Positions 18,345 to 25,632 of a stretch of 32,000 bases of DNA are shown piece by piece; the first letter of the stretch is position 1; every line of letters starts with the position of its first letter. Position numbers and translations under genes: made by a program. The notes beneath the pieces are model-generated. The model had not been told where the DNA came from, did not search any database, and saw only the letters and a program-made list of their open reading frames with translations. Source of the DNA: Erysipelotrichaceae bacterium (GTDB lineage: Bacteria > Bacillota_I > Bacilli_A > Erysipelotrichales > Erysipelotrichaceae); NCBI GenBank assembly GCA_963676105.1, contig OY781039.1, forward strand, positions 720,001 to 752,000. The letters run 5' to 3'.

Positions 18345-18959
18345 TTACTTTTCGTTCATTACCTTATTAGGATCTATTGTTTGTATTTTGGATTTTAAAA
18401 ATTTTGTTAGATCATCTCTATCAATCAATTCAACAAAATTTGATTCTGCTAATTGTATTGCACTTTTGCTAAAGTAGTTATTAGTAACTACAATCGCATT
18501 ATTACATTGATAATGTTTTTTACCAGCAACAACTTCTTGAACAGCTTTCAAGTTTACTTTAGAGTTAAATCTTTTACACTGAATCGCATATTTCAAACCA
18601 TCTTTGTAAGCAATTATGTCAACACCAAAATCACCAGAATATTTAGTTCCCTCAACATCTTCATAATCATTATTTCTAAGATAATCTATGATTAACTCTT
18701 CAAATTCATAACCTGACATTACATCGATATTTTCTAACGTTAATTCTAAAGCATGATAGTAGATTAATTCTTTATTATTAATAAAACTATCTTGACGACT
18801 ACTATTTTTGATTCTATTAAAAATAAAAATAATTATTTCTTTTATTCCATAGTAGATAAAATTTGCTAACGCTACTAATAATGCTCCAAATATCATTAAT
18901 AATGCAGTTATAATGTTTTCAGCAGCTTTATTATTTGGTTTTCTTCCCTCAATACCCAT
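18345..18959 (-). CDS. Membrane-anchored Mrr_cat-type restriction-endonuclease-domain protein
   Basis: N-terminal TM helix (ITALLMIFGALLVALANFIYYGI). The C-terminal half GYEFEELI...GDFGVDIIAY...AIQCKRF...AIVVTNNYFSKSA matches the Mrr/PD-(D/E)xK D...D..QxK core. Confidence 0.7.
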   Translation of the reverse strand: MGIEGRKPNNKAAENIITALLMIFGALLVALANFIYYGIKEIIIFIFNRIKNSSRQDSFINNKELIYYHALELTLENIDVMSGYEFEELIIDYLRNNDYEDVEGTKYSGDFGVDIIAYKDGLKYAIQCKRFNSKVNLKAVQEVVAGKKHYQCNNAIVVTNNYFSKSAIQLAESNFVELIDRDDLTKFLKSKIQTIDPNKVMNEK

Positions 18960-19258
18960 AATTTCTCCTTAAAGTAAATACTACTTCATTATTTACTAAA
19001 ATCTTAACAAAATATGATTAACATATCTAAATATTTTTTTACTACCATAAATTTTTATAAAACTAATTTTTAATTATGAAGATTTAGCAAACTAATATCA
19101 TTGTTTGCTTTGTATTTAATAATATCGTTTATATCCTCCGACAATTTATAAAAATTAAATCAATTAATTTACTGATTAAAATTTAAACTAAAACTTTGAA
19201 TTTAAGAAGGATCACAATAAACCAAAAATTTGATAGTAATACTTTTTTCATTAATTAA

Positions 19259-19302
19259 ACTAGTGTTCTACTAGTGTTTTACATATGTTCTACATATGGA
19301 AA
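19259..19302. repeat. Four 11-bp-phased units (ACTAGTGTTCT, ACTAGTGTTTT, ACATATGTTCT, ACATATGGAAA), followed by GAAAAT x3
   Basis: Read directly from the sequence. An inverted, reshuffled copy of the same unit types lies at 25262-25305. Confidence 0.8.
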
Positions 19303-19456
19303 ATGAAAATGAAAATATAATTATTATTTATTATTAAGCATTTAATAATAAAGACTAAATAATATAAGGATAGAAAAATAAAACATTTTATTATTGTCTA
19401 ACTAAAATGGACATTTAAGTTTTAGTCATGTAATCTTAAAGTGTAATGAGGTATAT

Positions 19457-19873
19457 ATGGAAACAAATCAAAAAGGTAAAGTCTTAGTTACATATAAAAA
19501 TGATAAACATGAATATGTTGAGTTAAATTCCGAAATGGAAGAAGCACTTGCTGGTTTAGAAAAAATTAAAGAAGATATTATAAAACTTAAGCTACTACGC
19601 AATGAGTTACAAGAAAGTCTAAAACAATCAGAAAAAAACATGGTAGCTGAATTATTAAAAACTAAACAGTTTAATTTGAATGGTAAAAGCAAATCAAAAA
19701 GACTTAATCTATACATTCAACCAGAAACACTTGAAGATATTAGAATTGCTGCAAATTTAATGAATATAAGTATCAATGAAATGGTTAACATTCTATTAGA
19801 AGATCGATTAACAGCAATAAGGAATATACCAAGTTTTATAAATGCCAAAAATGAACTAATTGAAAAAGAATGA
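19457..19873 (+). CDS. Coiled-coil protein with a C-terminal ribbon-helix-helix-like DNA-binding domain
   Basis: SD GAGG 7 nt upstream. The C-terminal RLNLYIQPETLEDIRIAANLMNISINEMVNILLEDRL has a strand-helix-helix pattern like CopG/Arc. Confidence 0.55.
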   Translation: METNQKGKVLVTYKNDKHEYVELNSEMEEALAGLEKIKEDIIKLKLLRNELQESLKQSEKNMVAELLKTKQFNLNGKSKSKRLNLYIQPETLEDIRIAANLMNISINEMVNILLEDRLTAIRNIPSFINAKNELIEKE

Positions 19874-19908
19874 TTAAAATTCTTTTTTTTTGTTATTTTT
19901 AAATTTAG

Positions 19909-19966
19909 TGTTGTTTTGGCACTATTATAGTGCTACAATGGCACTATAAAAGAAGTGATAGTTATA
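19909..19966. promoter_or_regulatory. Operator-like dyads upstream of the 63-aa RHH gene
   Basis: GCACTAT-T-ATAGTGC (19909-19923), a third GCACTAT half-site (19931-19937) and a perfect 12-bp palindrome TAGGTATACCTA (19955-19966). Confidence 0.5.
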
Positions 19967-20038
19967 GGTATACCTAAAATTATTTGGTTTTAAAAACATT
20001 CTACTTACTTTTCAAAAGAATCAAGAGGTTTAATAACA

Positions 20039-20230
20039 TTGAAAAAAAACAAACAAATTGGTAGACCAAGAAAAGATCCAAATTTAAGAAGAAGTAATAG
20101 GCTTGTAGTTAAATTAGATCGTTTAACATATGAATCATTTATTAAGAAGTGCATCCATGATGATATTCCTATTAATAAAAAAATGACTTATTTGATTCAT
20201 AGTTACTTGGACGAAGACATAAGCGAATAA
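20039..20230 (+). CDS. Small ribbon-helix-helix (CopG-like) protein
   Basis: 63 aa with a TTG start. GRPRK basic tail, then a beta-strand (RLVVKLDRLTY) and two helices. Confidence 0.5.
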   Translation: MKKNKQIGRPRKDPNLRRSNRLVVKLDRLTYESFIKKCIHDDIPINKKMTYLIHSYLDEDISE

Positions 20231-20346
20231 CAGGAGTGTTATTTACACTAGTCAGAGGATTAGATGTCGTCGTAAAACTGGTTATCATTCCTAAAAAAAA
20301 TGAAAAGTTCTTCAGAGTTATTTATTAACTCAAATTCTTCGTAAGT

Positions 20347-20498
20347 GGTTAAAGTTCCACACAAAAACTATCTTTTAAGTTCATAGTTCCTTTCTATGAT
20401 GGTTAGTATTCCAGTCAAAAATACAAAATTCCATAAGCTAATAGTTCCATGTTACTTATGGCATTACCCCCTTAATGGTTAGAGTTCCATTCAAAAAC
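20347..20498. repeat. Three 22-bp iteron-like direct repeats GGTTArnkTTCCAnnCAAAAAy plus TTCCA partial copies
   Basis: GGTTAAAGTTCCACACAAAAAC (20347), GGTTAGTATTCCAGTCAAAAAT (20401), GGTTAGAGTTCCATTCAAAAAC (20477). Partial copies are at 20381-20390 and 20427-20452. All lie within a 358-bp non-coding gap. Confidence 0.75.
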
Positions 20499-20588
20499 TC
20501 AACTATTCTATTTAAAAGGTAAATGATCCTTTAAATCATTAGTGGATAACCACTTAAAAGCTTTGAACAAAGCAAGAAAGGCAATTAA

Positions 20589-21515
20589 ATGCAAAAAAGT
20601 AAATATGGTATTCAACAGTTTCTAAAAGAAAACAATCTTACCGAAAACGAATATAGACAAATTTTCAAAAAGATTGTTCACAATGAACCTCTAAACGTTC
20701 CGGAAACAAAATCAATGATTAATTTCATTGATAATAAAAACAACCCTGTAATGCTCCCGAATGAGCAGTCAGATGAATTAATTGATTCATCAAATAATAG
20801 TAGTGAACTAATAAGAAATTTAGATCATCTATTCAACATTAATAGTAAAGATACTAGATTCAGTTTCCCTGTTGCTGTTATTGAAGAATCTGAAAACACA
20901 TTAAAACAATTAGAAGCAAGTTATAAGACAAGTGGATTATTTATCAAAATCTCAGAGTCATATGCTTTAACTCCTAATATTGATGACATTATCTTTATTG
21001 GATTAAAAAATCAATTTGTTAGTTTTATCGATTCAAAGGTTATTACAGCTGATGGTTCTGATTTATCACACTATGGGTTACCAGTTGCTGGTAGCGGAAC
21101 AGATGGTGCTTATGTGCTTGATACAGATTTAGTGCAAACAACATCAATTACAGAAGCAAATTTAATAAGTTTATCAAAAATGGTAAAAGGACATCCAAAA
21201 TCAAAATACATTATGAATGAAACTACATTTTTAGATAATGTCTTACCACTAATGGCAACAAGTAACTTCATCACACAAAACAGTGATGGGAAATACTTAA
21301 TTGGGCAAAAAGAAATTATTTTAAATGAGAATGTACCAAGTGATGTTATTTATGCGAGTGATTTATCTTACTTAGTTGGTGATTACTCTTTAGAGTTTGC
21401 CGCAAGAAATCTAATTAAAGAATTTATGAATGAGTATAGATTACTTGTAAAAAGTGTTCTATTACCAGCTGCTGGTTATGGTGCATTTGCGAAATTAGAA
21501 ATTGTTGCTGAATAG
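20589..21515 (+). CDS. Putative HK97-fold major capsid protein
   Basis: 308 aa. Its C-terminal third (YLIGQKEIILNENVP...LVGDYS...EYRLLVKSVLLPAAGYGAFAKLEI) follows the Phage_capsid pattern l.G.pv..s..v...vGDf...r...r....AFakL, as in staphylococcal 80alpha-type capsid proteins. Confidence 0.6.
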   Translation: MQKSKYGIQQFLKENNLTENEYRQIFKKIVHNEPLNVPETKSMINFIDNKNNPVMLPNEQSDELIDSSNNSSELIRNLDHLFNINSKDTRFSFPVAVIEESENTLKQLEASYKTSGLFIKISESYALTPNIDDIIFIGLKNQFVSFIDSKVITADGSDLSHYGLPVAGSGTDGAYVLDTDLVQTTSITEANLISLSKMVKGHPKSKYIMNETTFLDNVLPLMATSNFITQNSDGKYLIGQKEIILNENVPSDVIYASDLSYLVGDYSLEFAARNLIKEFMNEYRLLVKSVLLPAAGYGAFAKLEIVAE

Positions 21516-21556
21516 CAAATAATATTCATTATTAGCTGAAAGGCTTGGAGGGAAAT

Positions 21557-21820
21557 ATGAATACAAAATCGTTAGAAGTGATTCTTAATCAATTAGAGGA
21601 AGTAAGTTTAGAAATGGATAATCTCAAAGGTGTTCTAGATAATCTAAGTTTACATAATGCAATTAGTTTAGATGGACTTAATGAAATTAACGCTAAATCT
21701 TTCGATAGTGCTGCATTTGTAATTAAAACACTTAGAAAAGAAATTGATAATGTTACAGACACAATGAGACATGAATATTCTTCTAGATTTGATCAAGATA
21801 CTTTATTAGAAATCAAATAA
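21557..21820 (+). CDS. Hypothetical coiled-coil protein (between the capsid-like and tape-measure-like genes)
   Basis: The SD GGAGGG precedes ATG 21557, so the TTG at 21545 in the track is unlikely. No recognisable motif. Confidence 0.5.
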   Translation: MNTKSLEVILNQLEEVSLEMDNLKGVLDNLSLHNAISLDGLNEINAKSFDSAAFVIKTLRKEIDNVTDTMRHEYSSRFDQDTLLEIK

Positions 21821-21939
21821 AGAAAGGAAGTGTTAATATCGAACTATTTAGATTATTTGGATCAATTCTTATTGATGACCAAGATGCAATTGATACTTTA
21901 AAAAAATCTGAAAAAAATGCTAAAGCATCAGCTAATGCT

Positions 21940-23319
21940 ATGAATGATTTATCCAAAAAAGCAAGTGCAATGGGTAAAGCATTAGCAATTGGCGTTGGTG
22001 CAGCTGTTACATCACTTGGTGGGTTAGTGGCAAAATCTATTGATACAACAGATCGCATTGATAAATTATCTCAAAGTTTGGGAATGTCTACCGAAGGTTT
22101 TCAAGAATGGGATTATATTTTAGGACAAAATGGTGTTTCTATTGACTCTATGACAACTGGCATGAAAACACTAACAAACATGACTGATGATCTTAAAAAA
22201 GGTAGTAAAACAGCAACTGATGCATTTAGTCGTTTAGGAATTAGTTTTGATGATGTAGCGGGTAAAACACAAGAAGATATTTTCAATCTAACTATTGATG
22301 CATTGATGACTGTTACTGATGAAAGTGAAAGAGCTGCATTAGCAAATGATTTACTTGGCAAAAGTGGAGCTGAATTAGCACCATTATTAAATCAAGGTTC
22401 TAATGCTGTTGAAGAATTAAGACAAAATGCTCATGAACTTGGATTAGTTATTGACGAAGAAGCTATTAGTGCTGGTGTAGAGTTAGGTGATACTTGGGAT
22501 GATGTAACAAGGTCATTTGGTGCTATTGCTACTAGAATTGGTACTGAAGTAATGCCAATCGTACAAGACTTTTCAAATTGGATTTTAGACAATATGCCAA
22601 CAATTCAAGAAGTAACTAGTAATGTATTTAATTCAATTTCTAACTCAATTAAATGGGTTACAGATAATTCAAAATGGCTTATTCCAGTATTAGGTGGATT
22701 AGTTACTGGATTCATGGCATTAAGCATAATTGGATCTGTTACAGCATGGATGCAAAAATATGGTGAAGTTACAACATTTACTCAAATTGCATCAGCATTA
22801 CTTAATTCAACTATGTTAGCCAATCCATTTGCATGGGTAGCGTTGGCTATTGGTGGATTAGTAGCAGCAGGTATAGCTCTATGGATGAACTGGGACACAG
22901 TTAAAGTAAAAGCAACTGAACTATGGGAAAGCATTAAATCAGTATTTGGTAAAATTAAAGATTTTGTATCGAGTGTTTGGGACACAGTTAAGTCAGTTGT
23001 TAAATTACCAAAGATAAATATTCAAGGAAGTTTAAATCCTTTAACATGGCTTACACAAGGAATGCCAGAGTTTAGTGTTAGCTGGAATGCTGATGGTGCA
23101 ATATTCAAGAAACCTACAATCTTTGATACACAATTTGGTTATCAAGGTGTAGGCGAAGCAGGACCGGAAGTTGTTATGCCTTTAGATCGTTTAGATTCAA
23201 TGTTGAAAAACAAAGGTGGTAATCAAATTACAGTTTATTTCCAACCACAAACAATGAGCGATCAAGAGCTTGATAATGCATTTAATTATATTAACAGACG
23301 ATTTGGAATGGAAATATAG
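21940..23319 (+). CDS. Short phage tail tape-measure-like protein
   Basis: FSRLGISFDDVAGKTQEDIFNLTIDAL...ERAALANDLLGKSGAELAPLL core, central hydrophobic helices, and a C-terminal GVGEAGPEVVMPL motif typical of Firmicute phage tape-measure proteins. The frame is open and tape-measure-like back to 21793 (see finding). Confidence 0.7.
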   Translation: MNDLSKKASAMGKALAIGVGAAVTSLGGLVAKSIDTTDRIDKLSQSLGMSTEGFQEWDYILGQNGVSIDSMTTGMKTLTNMTDDLKKGSKTATDAFSRLGISFDDVAGKTQEDIFNLTIDALMTVTDESERAALANDLLGKSGAELAPLLNQGSNAVEELRQNAHELGLVIDEEAISAGVELGDTWDDVTRSFGAIATRIGTEVMPIVQDFSNWILDNMPTIQEVTSNVFNSISNSIKWVTDNSKWLIPVLGGLVTGFMALSIIGSVTAWMQKYGEVTTFTQIASALLNSTMLANPFAWVALAIGGLVAAGIALWMNWDTVKVKATELWESIKSVFGKIKDFVSSVWDTVKSVVKLPKINIQGSLNPLTWLTQGMPEFSVSWNADGAIFKKPTIFDTQFGYQGVGEAGPEVVMPLDRLDSMLKNKGGNQITVYFQPQTMSDQELDNAFNYINRRFGMEI

Positions 23320-23322
23320 AAC

Positions 23323-23655
23323 ATGGAAAAATATTACTTATTCCTAATCGATATGACTAAAGGTAAACCAAAAGAAATACCAATTCCAATGAATGAAGAA
23401 CAAATCATTAAATTCATTAACAAACAAGATGAAGAAACACTTAATAAAAATTTCATTTATGGATTTAGATTAGGTAAAAATGGAATACAAAACGTTAAGT
23501 GTTTCCATTATGCAAAACATAGCTATGCTTTTGTAAATGACTTCATTGATTCAAAGGTAAACGAACTTTTAAAAAATCATAAAAAAAATAATATGTTTAA
23601 GTTTATAAAACATCAAAAGGAATCATCTAATGAAAAAAATCAGAAGCATCGCTAA
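23323..23655 (+). CDS. Hypothetical protein
   Basis: 110-aa ORF packed tightly after the tape-measure-like gene on the operon strand. No motif recognised. Confidence 0.45.
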   Translation: MEKYYLFLIDMTKGKPKEIPIPMNEEQIIKFINKQDEETLNKNFIYGFRLGKNGIQNVKCFHYAKHSYAFVNDFIDSKVNELLKNHKKNNMFKFIKHQKESSNEKNQKHR

Positions 23656-23863
23656 AGAAAACAATACTGAGATTTTGTATAAACTCTTATACATCAATAA
23701 AGTAACTGGTGAAACTAACATGAGTAATCGATATGTTTCAGAAGCTAGAGCAAAGCTTATTAGCGAAATAGATGAACACAAGAACACAAGGATCATTGGT
23801 ATTCCAAATGTAAGTGTTGCTAGTGGTGATGGTGATAATAATTTCATTGTTTTCAAAAATTAA
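23630..23863 (+). CDS. Hypothetical protein
   Basis: 77-aa ORF on the operon strand, overlapping the previous ORF's end. It is mirrored by an antisense ORF, so coding status is uncertain. Confidence 0.35.
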   Translation: MKKIRSIAKENNTEILYKLLYINKVTGETNMSNRYVSEARAKLISEIDEHKNTRIIGIPNVSVASGDGDNNFIVFKN

Positions 23864-23876
23864 TTAGAACCTTAAT

Positions 23877-23932
23877 ACCTGCCCCCATGTAACATGGTAA
23901 TGGCAAAAGCATTCCACCGGCCGGGTACAATC
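23877..23932. other. GC-rich palindrome-bearing patch upstream of terS (candidate cos/packaging site)
   Basis: CCTGCCCCCATGTAACATGGTAATGGCA...CCACCGGCCGGGT contains the CCATG-TAA-CATGG hairpin and the CCGGCCGG palindrome. It is the most GC-rich non-coding stretch in an otherwise AT-rich element. Confidence 0.35.
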
Positions 23933-24087
23933 ATCTAACTCAATAAAAAATCGTTTAGGGTGGTGTGGTTAAAGCATCAAAAGAAAGAAACATTTAAACC
24001 GATTTCAAAGGATTTTGAGTGATATTGAAAAAGTTCAAAAAAGAAAACCCATTTAAAAAAGAAATTGAATGATTAATAATTTGAAAT

Positions 24088-24582
24088 TTGAAATCACACT
24101 CCCCTATCAAATTTATTGATAAAAAAACAAATAACAGGAAACGGACTATAGCTATAACTCTAGAGAAATATTCAAACTCTCACATGATAAGGGGTTATAG
24201 AGAAAGGATAATAACAAGAATGATTAAAATTGAGCAAACACATAAAGAAATGCTTATTGAAAATTTAAATAATACTTTATTAGAGATATTCTCAACTATC
24301 GATGATAACAAGCTTACGATCATAAAACCATTAATCAACAAAGCTGCATTTATGTCAGTAACATTGGATGAATTGCAAGACAACATTTTAAAAAGTGGAA
24401 TTTCTGAAACTTACAAAAATGGTGCAAATCAATATGGTAATAAAGAATCAACAGAAATTAGAGTCTATAACTCTATGATCAAAAACTATCACAATGTTGT
24501 TAAACAACTTCTGGATCTATTACCACCAGATTCAAGTGAATACGTTGTTGGGACAAGTTTATTAGAATTTGCAAACAGATAA
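24088..24582 (+). CDS. terS: Phage terminase small subunit, P27-like family
   Basis: LINKAAFMSVTLDELQDNILKSGISETYKNGANQYGNKESTEIRVYNSMIKNYHNVVKQLLDLLP fits the P27-family pattern (l.e.l...G......ng.....np......n........l..elgl.P). The start is uncertain: TTG 24088, ATG 24184 or ATG 24220. Confidence 0.6.
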   Translation: MKSHSPIKFIDKKTNNRKRTIAITLEKYSNSHMIRGYRERIITRMIKIEQTHKEMLIENLNNTLLEIFSTIDDNKLTIIKPLINKAAFMSVTLDELQDNILKSGISETYKNGANQYGNKESTEIRVYNSMIKNYHNVVKQLLDLLPPDSSEYVVGTSLLEFANR

Positions 24583-24719
24583 TAAGTTAAATAATAACAA
24601 GCCTGTAATGGCTTAAAAATGGCTAATAATAGCAAAATAATTATCAACCACTAATGGGTGCGTGAAAATAAAAATAAGAAACAAACGCACTCATTATAAA
24701 TAGAAAGGTGCGTTTTAAA

Positions 24720-24965
24720 ATGCAATACAAAACTACAAGAAAAGAAATGATTAGAAATACTATCATTCAGAGAAATATATCAAATAATGATTTTGAAATT
24801 ACAAGATTATCTGAAATCATTGTTAGATTCTCACCAAGCAATTATGAATTAAAAAAAGGTCTAGATTTAATAATCAAGTACAAAGATAAGGTAGATAATC
24901 TAGCTGGATACACACATAAGATTTTTACAAATATAAAAAAGAATAGAGAAATGTATCATGGCTAA
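24720..24965 (+). CDS. Hypothetical protein
   Basis: The SD AGAAAGG precedes ATG 24720. Its end overlaps the next gene's start by 8 nt (24958-24965). No motif recognised. Confidence 0.45.
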   Translation: MQYKTTRKEMIRNTIIQRNISNNDFEITRLSEIIVRFSPSNYELKKGLDLIIKYKDKVDNLAGYTHKIFTNIKKNREMYHG

Positions 24966-25632
24966 AGATCCTGCATTTCTATTCTATAGTTCTGATTTCC
25001 TCGTAGGTACTTATGGAATGTCAAACGAAGAAGTAGGACAGTATATAAGATTACTTTGTTTACAACATCAAAACAATGGGAAACTGACTCAAGATATTGT
25101 TGAAAGTGTTGGCATAGAAGAACATTCTAAAGTTCTTTCAAAATTTAAATTTGAAGACGGCTTCTATTTTAATGAAAGATTACTTCAAGAAACTGAAAAA
25201 AGAACTAAGTTCTCTGAAAGCAGAAGAAACAACAGATTAAAAAGAGAAGAAAATAAGAAATCTAACACTAGTAAAACACTAGTAAAAGATATGTTAAACA
25301 CTAGTAACAATAATGATAATAAAGAATTAAATCAAAATAAAGATTTGATTAAAGAAATCATTCAATATCTAAATGAAAAAACAAACAAGAACTTTAGATA
25401 TGTAAAGAAAACTAGTGATCTAATAACAGCTAGAATTAATGAAAAATTTACTTTAGAAGATTTTAAAACAGTAATTGATAATATGACTGATAAATGGCTT
25501 AAAGATAATAATATGAATCAATACCTAAGACCAGAAACATTGTTTGGCACAAAATTTGAATCATATTTAAATGTAAAAACTACAACAAGTAAAAACACAT
25601 CCAATTACGGGGAACTAGGGAGAATTGTATGA
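24958..25632 (+). CDS. Phage replisome organiser-like protein (DUF1376/YdaU N-domain plus Phg_2220_C C-domain)
   Basis: N-terminal DPAFLFYSSDFLVGTYGMSNEEVGQYIRLLCLQ. C-terminal IIQYLNEKTNKNFRY...ARINEKFTLEDFKTVIDNM...YLRPETLFGTKFESYLN. Confidence 0.75.
   Translation: MAKDPAFLFYSSDFLVGTYGMSNEEVGQYIRLLCLQHQNNGKLTQDIVESVGIEEHSKVLSKFKFEDGFYFNERLLQETEKRTKFSESRRNNRLKREENKKSNTSKTLVKDMLNTSNNNDNKELNQNKDLIKEIIQYLNEKTNKNFRYVKKTSDLITARINEKFTLEDFKTVIDNMTDKWLKDNNMNQYLRPETLFGTKFESYLNVKTTTSKNTSNYGELGRIV
25262..25305. repeat. Four 11-bp-phased units inside the organiser gene (reverse complement: ACTAGTGTTTA, ACATATCTTTT, ACTAGTGTTTT, ACTAGTGTTAG); candidate origin iterons
   Basis: CTAACACTAGT AAAACACTAGT AAAAGATATGT TAAACACTAGT, read directly. 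The array lies in the linker between the two protein domains and has the same unit types as 19259-19302, on the opposite strand. Confidence 0.75.

Noticed and set aside
19086-19109. Hairpin AGCAAAC-N10-GTTTGCT followed by TTGTATTT in the 500-bp control region; possible orphan terminator or sRNA end
   Set aside because: No upstream promoter or ORF could be tied to it, and the stem is short. It is left unannotated.
21793-21840. Programmed -1 frameshift fusing the 87-aa ORF to the tape-measure-like ORF
   Set aside because: The frames overlap (21793-21820), but the overlap contains no X-XXY-YYZ slippery heptamer. In tailed phages the conserved frameshift joins the two chaperone ORFs, not a chaperone to the tape-measure protein. 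A non-canonical start after the strong SD is the simpler explanation.
23623-23856. 77-aa minus-strand ORF that mirrors the plus-strand 77-aa ORF at 23630-23863
   Set aside because: The plus-strand ORF continues the tightly packed co-oriented operon. The minus-strand product is a hydrophobic shadow translation with no SD. Coding status of either ORF is not certain, so the plus-strand ORF was given low confidence.
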